Positions 51,618-62,800 of a DNA stretch of 64,000 nt are shown here, in pieces; position 1 is the first letter of the stretch, and each line of letters begins with the position of its first letter. Location: NCBI RefSeq assembly GCF_964204865.1, contig NC_135253.1, positions 20,212,001 to 20,276,000 on the forward strand, in the 5' to 3' direction. The position numbers and the translations under genes are program-made. Below the pieces are notes generated by a model. The model saw only the letters and a list, made by a program, of their open reading frames with translations. It had not been told where the DNA came from and made no database searches. Origin of the DNA: Styela clava (Eukaryota).

Positions 51618-52148
51618 TCATTCTATGTTTTGTTGCTTTTTCAACAACAAATCAAGGTATGCGCCAGTTATTAGATCTGATTCTTCAATGCTAAGTTTCC
51701 TCATTAAATCTTTCGCTATCTTGTTTCCTTCTTCCACTGATTGTCCGCTCTGCATTTGGACTTCCAACTCCATATAGGTTCCTAAACCATCCACCTCATC
51801 TGCATGAATTCTCGTTTGTCCCACAAGGAACAGAGTTCGTCTTTTTCTGACTTCACCTCGTGTGCCATACGCTGATGTTAATGTCTGTTTCAACTCTTCC
51901 GGATTATTTACAGTTGTGAAGAAAAATTCTGACAGTTTTGGGCCAGATTGGTCTGGTCTTGTGTAGAAAATTAATTGCCCTTTCCCTTCATTTTTAAAGC
52001 AACGAAGTTTGAGTCGTCCGTTTGAACAAACAAAAAAAGTGTCTGTTTGGCACAATAATGTTCCTTCTTGTCCACTTATTTCTTTTGCCAGTTTCAGAAA
52101 TGCGTCAAAGTTTTTTACTTTAGCTTTTATTTCTACATTAGAAGGCAT
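51618..52148 (-). CDS. CYTH-domain protein, CyaB (class IV adenylate cyclase)-like triphosphate tunnel metalloenzyme, intronless, 176 aa
   Basis: Motifs MPSNVEIKAK (ExExK-like), QTDTFF, GRLKLR, LIFYTRPD, VRKRRTLF and MELEV. A splice acceptor at 52164-52166 lies just upstream of the ATG. Confidence 0.85.
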   Translation of the reverse strand: MPSNVEIKAKVKNFDAFLKLAKEISGQEGTLLCQTDTFFVCSNGRLKLRCFKNEGKGQLIFYTRPDQSGPKLSEFFFTTVNNPEELKQTLTSAYGTRGEVRKRRTLFLVGQTRIHADEVDGLGTYMELEVQMQSGQSVEEGNKIAKDLMRKLSIEESDLITGAYLDLLLKKQQNIE

Positions 52149-53407
52149 TTTACTTGTGAAATGCTGAAGTAGAAAAATACAAATTGTGATTGAAAGTTGT
52201 AACAAGCGAAGCGTTGTAGCAAGCATTTTACATTTTAAAAACATCAAGGATGGGACAATATGAACATAGAAATCACTTAAAGTCATGACAGCATACAACA
52301 AAACTTGATTACTCTTGAGGCAACGCTTCCTGTAAGTGGATCAATCAAGATTAAAATGATCTCAATCATATCCTATTTCCTATACATCTTTCGCACCTGT
52401 AGTGTGTATCAGCTTAGGCAATGATTTTATTCTGATTTTAGTTCTATTACATGTTGGGGGACTGTCTGTGTTAGCCATGTGAATATAACCCCTGCCCATA
52501 GGATTCAGTACCTTTACACAACTTGATGTAAAGTAGGCGAACAAAATTAGTGACTTCCATATTGGTACACACACTCATGGAGCGCCAACTTTTATATTAA
52601 GTGTATCGTATGATCAAGACATTACAAGCCATATCTTTTTTGAAGAAAATGAAAAAATACATGATTCATAATATTAGAAAATCCAATCTGCGTTATATAA
52701 ACAGTTGGAATTCATGTAATAATTATCCTGATCACTTTAAAAAAAAAAACGCTTTTCAAAAGTTAGTTATCGCAAAAGATCCATGTATTATCTAATTGGC
52801 CAGCGGTTGAAGCGTTAGATTTTAGTGTTGCTCATCCCTAACCCAGGATGTAATAAATTAGGTATGCAATGCTAATGCATAAAGATTAGAGTCCTCCCCA
52901 ACAAAAGTAGCTGCTCACATGTCATTAGATATATGTGGCTGGGCCCATCAGTGCAGTATGAAAGGTATTGTATGATAATATACATAACCATAAAATATTG
53001 GATGAAATTGATAATCCTGCCGTTGTGCAGCATTTATTTATTAATATATACCATTACAATTTACCCTAATAAGAACCTTTTCAAATTGTAAAACGATGTT
53101 ATTAAGACCCTGTATATCTATTGTATGTAAGGGAATCTCTTCTTCTAAAATGCTGATGTCCTATATTGGTAGAAATAAGACCAGATTCCACCTCTTAATT
53201 CATGTAGTTAGTCAATGAGGGTCACATTAAAATCTTATTTTGAAACTAACAAAATATCAATCAAATCTGGAACCAGTACAAGGATCCACCATCACCAAAA
53301 TAGAGTCAAAATTCTTTAATTTTTGCGAGAATATGCAAGCACGTCAGCAAATGAAAGGTAACGCCAATTTTAATATTTTTCTTCCAATAATTACTGTAGT
53401 ACTAGAG

Positions 53408-53714
53408 CAGGGTGGTCCAAGATTGGAAGGTCGCAACAATTGTCAAGAAGTCATTGCGGGCCGCATGGCTAACAATAGAAAATAGAGGTGTGTTTTTATT
53501 GGAAAAATGGCTATGGATACAACCTTAAAAATTCCGTAATTTTAAAAAATATCAACAATCTCAACATCGGTTTTTGATAAAGGGATTACATCCTGGGATC
53601 TCGAGCCCAGCTGGAATGGCTAAAAAACTCACATCTATATGCTAAAATTGTTCAACTGGTCGCACGAAATATGTTCGGGTCATGCGGCCCGCATGCCAGG
53701 TTTGGACCACCCTG
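53408..53714. mobile_element. hAT-type MITE
   Basis: TIRs CAGGGTGGTCCAA / TTGGACCACCCTG; flanks TACTAGAG/TTCTAGAG. Confidence 0.75.
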
Positions 53715-53778
53715 TTCTAGAGGGTGCCAAAAATTTTGCCGGTACCAAGTGAGTTGTGATAAAAATATAAGAACATTG

Positions 53779-54408
53779 CTATACACATTTGTTTACATTA
53801 TTTAGTGCTATAATAGCTTCACTTGCGGATTTAATTAAATTACAAAGTTGTATTCTGAGTTCTAATGAAGAGCAATTTTGAAGTTCCTTAGTAGCAGTTG
53901 TAATTTGTCTCTGAAGTTCAAAGATAGTTGTTTTATGAGTTGCACATTGTGATTCTTCCATAGGGTCACATGAAGCATCACCTTGCTCATGAGTTAGTGA
54001 TAACTTCTGGGGAACATCTGGCATTGAATTCACATCTTGTGGCATGGCACTAGTTCCACCGCCAATTTCTTGGTATAAGGCCATTCTTTCTCTATTTACA
54101 TTTACAGATGGTTCTTCTTTTTGTCCTTCCAAGGCTGCCACTCTTGCAGCTTCAGAAGACAGTACTGGATCATCTTTCGCACATTCAGACTCAAGTTCGT
54201 TACAAGCAACACAGTAATTTGTTCCGTCTCTATCTTGCAAAAATATCGTCCCACATTCACATAATTTATCGAGCATTCTGTATCCTTTTAGCATATAACT
54301 TCCCATTAATTTACTAATTTGGTTCGACCTTTCTTGTCTAGCTTCGATAATTTTCATTTCTGCTGCAGTGGGCGGAGTCCAGTCATCATCGTCAATATTT
54401 TCACCCAT
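53779..54408 (-). CDS. ZNRD2: Zinc ribbon domain-containing protein 2 (Sjogren syndrome/scleroderma autoantigen 1), intronless, 209 aa
   Basis: WTPPTAAEMKIIEARQERSNQISKLMGSYMLKGYRML..CECGT..LQDRDG..YCVAC plus the C-terminal IQLCNLIKSASEAI helix match SSSCA1. Confidence 0.9.
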   Translation of the reverse strand: MGENIDDDDWTPPTAAEMKIIEARQERSNQISKLMGSYMLKGYRMLDKLCECGTIFLQDRDGTNYCVACNELESECAKDDPVLSSEAARVAALEGQKEEPSVNVNRERMALYQEIGGGTSAMPQDVNSMPDVPQKLSLTHEQGDASCDPMEESQCATHKTTIFELQRQITTATKELQNCSSLELRIQLCNLIKSASEAIIALNNVNKCV

Positions 54409-55082
54409 TTTTTTTTCTCAAAAATAAAATAAACTTGAAATAATGAAATATACTTGCACCTAAGAACAACAAAATAGCAGATTGAAAGTATTTCAACATT
54501 TTCAAGGAATGATAGATGCAAAATGTTCACTAAGTGCTTTTACTATTTCCAATTTTGTGTTAAAGTCATTTCTCAATATAACTTATTACCAAGGTTTGTT
54601 GAATTTAAGCAGTGTTTATTTATATTTTTCACTTCATTTAATACTTTCATATGCCCACAATTAATTGCATGAAACACGTCAATGTTCTTTTACCAAAATT
54701 TAATACAGGACTTTATGAATACCCTGTATATTTTCAAGGATTCAGAGACATATATATGCGCATCAATATACTTTTATTAGAAATGATAAAATGTTAACCA
54801 CAAACATGCTATAACAACTCACAAAGATAGGGGATTAAACTAAAGACCTCAGAGTTTACAGAAGAAAGCAGGTTTCCACATGTTCCAATGAACAATTTAG
54901 GGCACTCCCATAGTATACGTACCAGGGCAATTTGCTTTACTGCCTTCACATTGGTAGGCACACTTCTGGAGTGCTCAATTTAGAAAACCAAAAGCATGAA
55001 CCAGAGAATGGGAATTATGGGAAAAATTTCAAGAAAAAATTGAACTACAATAATTGCCTTATTTATGCGAACACTGCAGTTG

Positions 55083-58000
55083 TCAGCACTCTGGCTCAAT
55101 TTTAGATTTTTTATTTTTCTTCTTTTTACTCTTATTTTTCTTAACCTTATTAGTTTTTTCGTCCAATTTAGTTTTATTTTTTTGCTTTTTAAGTTTTTTG
55201 TTTGTTATTTCAGTATTTTCAGAAATAAGTTTTCTTTTTTTCTGAGCTTTGTCTTTTTTCTTATTTACAGTTTCATTTTCATCTTTTAACAATTTTTGTC
55301 CATTCCCTTCGTACTTTCGCTTCTTTTTATTCTTTTTGTTAATCAGACCATCTAATGTCTCTGATTCTTGTTCTTTCAGTCGCGCCAATTTCCCCCCTAA
55401 ATTAACGCCATGTCGAGCACCTTTATGAGCCGTCCTTCCTCCACATGCCGCTAGGAGTTCCTCATCGTTCAGAATTTTAGATTTTTTTGTATCTCCTTTT
55501 TCGGAATCTGAATTTTCATCACTAGAGGCATCATTATCACATTTCTGAACTTTACCATTTTCGAGAGTCCCGCTTTTTACAAAGCTCCCGTACATAAGTT
55601 GTTTCTTCATTAGTTTTTTATTTTGTTTTCTGGTAGACGCTTTCTCAGTCTCTGATTTTGCTTCCACTTCGACGCCATGTTCTTTTTCAGTGACCTGTAA
55701 ATATGAAATTAAATTCAGCATTTCCATATTTATCTCCAAGTGAGAGAAGTTGATAAATGTCTCAATTAATCACCACTGATAAGGGCCTTCAAACTGTTAT
55801 CCAAGAGGATTTCTAATCTCAATGATCCAGACTGGATTCCATGGCAGGTGTGCGCCCGAGGTCGCTGGCGCTCCGCAAAAATGCATGCAAGCGAATTCTG
55901 CGAAAGCTCATTTGTCCGAAATGGCACCTGTGCCGACTAGGGTGGCTTAGCCAATTTGCGGCCACCACCTATTTGCCGCCATCAACTTCATCGATTAAAT
56001 TAATGCCGAAAAAATTATCGTCCATTTATCCCCATAGCTCTGCGAAATTACACTAGAATGTGGCCACAAACAAATAAGTTACGACCAAAAACCTGACCAA
56101 AGAAAAAAACGGACCATTTTTTCATGTCGTCAACTACCCATTGTCTCCTGGAAATAAAACTCGAAAATCCATACGAATATGAGAGAAAAAAAAATGAAAC
56201 TTGGCAGGTGGGTGGAGTTGTGTTTCGTGTTTCTTTTAACCATCTTTAAAGTTTCGCGTTTCCACATTCAAAGGGGGAATAGGGGGGTGCGCATTTCCAA
56301 TACGTCGATAATATCTTTGTCGACCAATTTGCGACCATCGTGTTTTTGTCTGTTTGATTGCTGTGATGTGGTGCTTTGTTTATAATTTGACGAGTTTTGT
56401 TCGAAATAACCGTGTTCTTAAAATATATGACGGTCAGAAATGCAATTAGAAGCCCAATTTTTCACGCATAGCTGCGTATGCTCTAGTCTCGACGCAGCAG
56501 AAATGATGTTCAAGGCTTGAAATCCATGGTCGCACACTGGTCGTTCGGTCGCAAATACTTCTTCCGAGTGTCGTACTTTGGTGGTTTATATACTTTAACC
56601 CCTGGTCGTAGAAAGTTAATTCGAGGTTTAGCGTGTAGAATAAATGCCAAAGCACCTATGATGAGAAAGTTAACGGGTTAGAAATATTGGTTTTTGTTTT
56701 ATAGCGGTTTGAATGAAATAGTCTGCAGACTGGCTACCACCCTAATGAACTCACTAACGCCAGCGATCTATCTCTTATCGGTATTGTTGTGGTGAGAAAA
56801 GAAGAGAAGTGCTCAATTTGGAGAGCTGTCTTACATCACTGCGACTTTCAGACTTTGCAATGATGGACTTTTCGAAGAGGGGTAGGGGTTAGGAATGAAA
56901 TATGCAAAAATTGTTGAGCCAGGCAAACTAGAAGCAGTTGCGGGTGTGTACTCATGAGACCCCATATTGAAGTAGATCAGGGGTTCCCAAACCACGGCCC
57001 GCGAGACGATTTCAAATGGCCCGTCGAACATTAGTGAAACTATAACCGTGAATAAATACTAACAATTTAAATGTGTTCATCCTTTTATGTCGTAGATGCC
57101 AATTGTTACGTCATTATCACAATTTAAGCCAGACTGGATTCCATGGCAGGTGCACGCCCGAGGGCGCTAGCGCTCCGCAAAAATGCACGCGAAAGAATTC
57201 AATTTTGCACGCCGAAAATTTGCAATTACTCACCAATGTAAATCGGTTAAAAATGTTTTAAAATCAATAATCCAGAAAAATAAAGATGCCAAAATATTAT
57301 AACTCCACAATTGTCGACTAATACTAGCTTGCAAGATTTGTTCTGATCGAAAAATTGCGAAGCAAAAAAGACCATATCGTGTTGAATGATAGGAACCCCG
57401 TGAGAATAGTCATGGACGAAAAGATCGCCTCCGCACCAACGCTGGCCAGGTACGGCTCTGATTCAGCGTATTTTCCATACAATAATTTTACACGAATGTA
57501 TCTAGAGTCGCACAAACACTCAAAATTAGTGACGAAGTATGAAAATAATGTTTGGGGTCAAAGGTCAAACGTCCATTTTGCTCGAATTCGACGATTTTTT
57601 TATTCATTATTTCTACGTAAAAACACTCCTAAAATTAATGACAAAGTATGTCCATTTTGCTCTGGTTCAACGTATATTTTATCCAATAATTTTACGCGGA
57701 TGTACTGAACAGTACCTGTATCCAAAGTCGCACAAACACTCTCAAAATTAGCGACAAACTGTAGGAATAATGTTTGGGGTCAAAGGTCAAACGTCCATTT
57801 TTGCTCTGATTCAACGTATTTTTTATCCGATACCAGTAATCTAACGCGGATGTATTGGGAGGTATCTAATGTCAAAGTCAGTTGCACGCGGGCGCAGTTG
57901 TTTTGCACGCCGTGAGCTATAATTGCACGGCAGGAATTCTTATTTGCACGCGGGAATTTCTGATTGCACGCCGGATTTCTCGTTCCAAAAAGGCCATGAA

Positions 58001-59441
58001 ATCCAGACTGGAATTTAAGCACGTGTATATCGTAACAATTCAATTATACCGGTATTTTATTACCTTACGTACCGGTATTAGGATTGCGTACGGCAGTCTT
58101 TTAGGTATCACGTATCAGCCCTATATTAAGGAAGCTTGAAGATGTCACAAAAACTAGACACTGAAAACAGGCGTTTTTCGGATAAATGGCAGCGTTCTTA
58201 TTTCTTTATTGAAAAGAATCAAACTTCAGCGATTTGTCCTTTTTGCCAACAAACTATTCTTGTTCTATTCCTGTTAAACTACGGTCCAGACTGACAGATA
58301 ATCACTTAGAGTGCGGTATTGCAAATACAATGTAACAAATTGGAGCCACGTTTTGAACATCAGTTTTCGAGCAAACCCCAATTACACGTATCTACAAAAA
58401 TGCAAGTAAATTATGTTGGCTATTCGTTTTTTTTTTCAATATTCATATACATTGAGACGCTTTTTTGTTTAACAAAAAAAACATGAGGTGCTATCTGGGG
58501 TCATCTCTTATCTCTGGGGTCAAACTCAACTTCTGTGTCAGTGGATAATATTGGTAGTACAACTGCAAAAACCATACTCACCAGAGATAACAGTGTTTTA
58601 TAAACTTCAACTACAAATTTAATTAGATAACAAACCTTGGGTGTCGCTGCCTGATTATCAGTTCCCAGCGATTTCCCTTCCCAGTAAAATGTGTGTCAAT
58701 TTTAATTTTTTCATAATTTCGTTTGTTATTTTTACTGGATGGAAAAAATAAACTTGACCATGATATGAGTAGACATTTTCGAAGCCGTACTCCAGATGAG
58801 CAAGTAACTTCATTAGTCGCTATCAGTTACAAATCCTTTTTGAAAGTCGTGCTTGTTATTCCTCGGGTATTCTATCACCTAACAATTATACTTATGAATT
58901 TAATTACATAACAAACTGCAATACTGGGTGTATCTAAAATCAATCTTGCAGCCTATTTTGGTGCCTATTTTTCAAAATTTTCTCAAGGCGCTTAAGCGCG
59001 CCCCGAACCCCAGCCTTTACGTCGGGCTTTTTTCGTCATCTCGCTTTACTGGCCCGCGAGTATCCTCGCCTTGAAATTTTGGCCCGCGAGTATCCTCGCC
59101 TTGAAATTTTGGCCCGCGGTCAAATAAGTTTGGGAACCCCTGAAGTAGACTATCATTTCAATTCAACTTAGACTTCTGTCACTGCAGTCTGTGCCTTCCA
59201 TATAAAACAATAAAATTGAGTGGTCTACCTTAATATTTTGAGCAGATCTTTGGAATGCATGTTCCCACCAATGAAAAGTAAATTGCTCTCCAGGATCGTG
59301 GCCAATTCCAGCATTATCTGCTTTGATTTTCACTTTTATTGCTTCTGACATTCCATCTTCGTTCCGTCCCAAACCCTTACCCTCAACCCATCCCGTCTGT
59401 TTCATGTGACTTTTAGCGAAATGAGATATTGTTTCAGCCAT
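55083..59441 (-). CDS. GPATCH4: G patch domain-containing protein 4, 2 exons, 274 aa
   Basis: Exons 59441-59229 and 55694-55083. Contains a G-patch (GWVEGKGLGRNEDG), GHDPGEQFTFHWWEHAF, YGSFVKS, LLAACGGRTAHKGARHG and a Lys-rich tail. Confidence 0.92.
56978..59142 (+). mobile_element. Internally deleted hAT (Buster/SPIN-like) transposon in the GPATCH4 intron
   Basis: TIRs CAGGGGTTCCCAAAC / GTTTGGGAACCCCTG; flanks AAGTAGAT/AAGTAGAC. Transposase remnants lie at ~58142-58400: MSQKLDTENRRFSDKWQRSYFF...CPFC and KLRSRLTDNHLEC. Confidence 0.8.
57129..58011. mobile_element. Non-autonomous TIR element nested in the hAT element
   Basis: Perfect 8-bp TSD AATTTAAG; TIRs CCAGACTGGATTCCATGG / CCATGAAATCCAGACTGG; internal degenerate tandem repeats. 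The left end of a second copy starts near 55827. Confidence 0.75.
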
Positions 59442-59825
59442 CCTGATATTTCGTAATTAATTAAGAAATGTGCTACAGAAAATTATTAAAAACGAGAACA
59501 GGCAAAAGCTAAATCGCCTCACGCAAGAAAACGAAGACACCTCTGTGAAGCTAGCAGCAAAACACGAAATTGTGACTGACAGAATCGCAGAAAATACCCA
59601 CGCGTAAAATTAAATGTTCCCAATGATTTTTATAAGAAAGTGTATATTTTGATTATTTTCACAATAGCAATTAAAGCAAAACAATCATTAACTACACTCC
59701 TCGTATTGTTAATATATGGTAAACAAGCTAAAGCGACTGTTACAGTGCACAAAATTTTTTTATAATTCTTTGAGAGATGTTTAAAAATGACTGAATTTTC
59801 GTCGTGTAACATGGTCGTTTCATGA

Positions 59826-62800
59826 AAACCTCCAATAAAGGCAGCATTGCAACACCATTGGTGAAAAGTAGAAACCTCAAAGATTCGATTTCAATATGTC
59901 AGAACAGTCTCAGCACGTTTTGACTTGACCATATATAATACTAAACATAGCGTATATTCTTCAATTTTTAAAACAATGTATATAACAAATTTGAAACTGA
60001 TTTTGTAGTTCAATTAAAATTACTGGATAGTTCATCAAAGAAGATATTTTTCTCTTTGTCACACAACAATAATGCACTTCATTAAACTTAGAATAAGTTG
60101 AGTAAAGTCTGAAATACTGAAAAAAAATTTACGCCCTCTTGTGGATTCTTTGATAAATTTCACAAAGTTATCGTTTTCGAAAGGGCAATTTCTCAAAAAC
60201 CGCCAATAAAGGCAGCACTACGACACATTCGAAGAAAAGCAGATACCCTATAGATTCGATTTTAATATGTCAGAACAGTAGCAGCACGTTTTGACTTGGC
60301 CAAATATAATTCCAAACATAGCGTATATTTTTAATTTCATTGAAAAAATGTAGATGTGACATATTTAAAAACGGTTTGGTATTTCAACTAAATTTACTGG
60401 AAAATTCATCAAATACTTTCTTCTCTTGGGTATACAACAAAACTGTACGTTTATTAAACTTGGAATTAGTGTGCAAATGTTAAAATGCCAAAAAATGATT
60501 TGACGCCCTCTTGTGGATCCTTTTCGGAATTTCGAAAAATTATCGTTTTTGAAAAGGGCGATTTCTCAAAAACCGCCAATAAAGGCAGCACTACGACACA
60601 TTCGGAGTAAAGCAGATACCTAATAGATTTGATTTGATTATGTCAGAACAGTAGCAGCACGTTTTGACTTGGCCATATATAATACCAAACATAGCGTGTA
60701 TTCAAACTTTTATAAACAATGCAGACGTAACATATTTAAAAACGGTTTGGTATATCAAATAAATTTCCTAGATAATTTATCAAACATCTTTTTCTCTTGG
60801 ACATACATATATACTATACGTTCATTAAACTTGGAATAAGTTGCGGAAAGTATAAAATACCAAAAAGCATTTTACGTCCTCTTGTGGATTTTTTTCAAAA
60901 TTTCAAAAAATTATCGTAATTGAAATAGCGATTTCTCGGAAACCGCCAATAAAGGCAGCACTACGACACATTTGGAGAGAAGCAGATACCTTATAGATTC
61001 GATTTTAATAAGTCAGAACAGTAGCAGCACGTTTTGAGTTGGTCATATATAATACCAAACATCGCGTATAATTTTTAATTTTATCAACCATGTATATGTA
61101 ACATATTTAAAAACGGTTAGGTATTTCAACTTAATTTACTGGATAATTCATCAAACACTTTTCTCTCTTGGTCATACATCAAAACTGTATGTTCATTAAA
61201 CTTGGAATTATTGTGCAAATCCTAAAATGCCAAAAAATGATTTGACGCCCTCTTGTGGATTATTTTCGGAATTTCGAAAAATTATCGTTTTTGAAAAGGC
61301 GATTTCTCAAAAACCGCCAATAAAGGCATCACTACGACACATTCGGAGTAAAGCAGATACCTTATAGATTTTATTTTATTATGTCAGAACAGTAGCAGCA
61401 CGTTTTGACTTGGCCATATATAATACCAAACATAGCGTGTATTCAAACTTTTATAAACAATGCAGACGTAACATATTTAAAAACGGTTTGGTATTTCAAA
61501 TAAATTTCTTAGATAATTTATCAAACATCTTTTTCTCTTGGACATACATATATACTATACGTTCATTAAACTTGGAATAAGTTGCGGAAAGTATAAAAAA
61601 CCAAAAAGCATTTTACGTCCTCTTGTGGATTTTTTTCAAAATTTCAAAAAATTATCGTAATTGAAATAGCGATTTCTCGGAAACCGCCAATAAAGGCAGC
61701 ACTACGACACATTTGGAGAGAAGCAGATACCTTATAGATTCGATTTTAATAAGTCAGAACAGTAGCAGCACGTTTTGAGTTGGTCATATATAATACCAAA
61801 CATAGCGTATAATTTTTAATTTTATCAACCATGTATATGTAACATATTTAAAAACGGTTAGGTATTTCAACTTAATTTACTGGAAAATTCATCAAATACT
61901 TTCTTCTCTTGGGTATACAACAAAACTGTACGTTCATTAAACTTGGAATTAGTGTGCAAATCTTAAAATGTCAAAAAATGATTTGACGCTCCTTGTGGAT
62001 CCTTTTCGGAATTTCGAAAAATTATCGTTTTTGAAAGGGCGATTTCTCAAAAACCGCCAATAAAGGCAGCACTACGACACATTCGGAGTAAAGCAGATAC
62101 CTTATAGATTTGATTTCATTATGTCAGAACAGTAGCAGCACGTTTTGACTTGGCCATATATAATACCAAACATAGCGTATAATTTTCAATTTTATCAACT
62201 ATGTAGATGTAACATATTTAAAAACGGTTAGGTATTTCAACTTAATTTACTGGATAATTCATCAAACACTTTTCTCTCTTGGTCATACATCAAAACTGTA
62301 TGTTCATTAAACTTGGAATCAGACGGCGAATCCTAAAATAACAAAAAATGATTTGACGCCCTCTTGTGGATTTTTTTCGAAGTTTTAAAAAAATATCGTT
62401 TTTGAAAGGGCGATTTCTCAAAAACCGCCAATAAAGACAACACTACGACACATTCGGAGTAAAGCAGGTACCTTATAGATTTGATTTCATTATGTCAGAA
62501 CAGTAGCAGCACGTTTTAACTTGGCCATATATAATACCAAACATAGCGTGTATTCAAACTTTTATAAACAATGCAGACGTAACATATTTAAAAACGGTTT
62601 GGTATTTCAAATAAATTTCCTAGATAATTTATCAAACATCTTTTTCTCTTGGACATACATATATACTATACGTTCATTAAACTTGGAATAAGTTGCGGAA
62701 AGTATAAAATACCAAAAAGCATTTTACGTCCTCTTGTGGATTTTTTTCAAAATTTCAAAAAATTATCGTAATTGAAATAGCGATTTCTCGGAAACCGCCA

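Noticed and set aside
55054-55289. Phe/Leu-rich plus-strand ORFs as membrane proteins
   Set aside because: They are the antisense shadow of the Lys-rich GPATCH4 tail.
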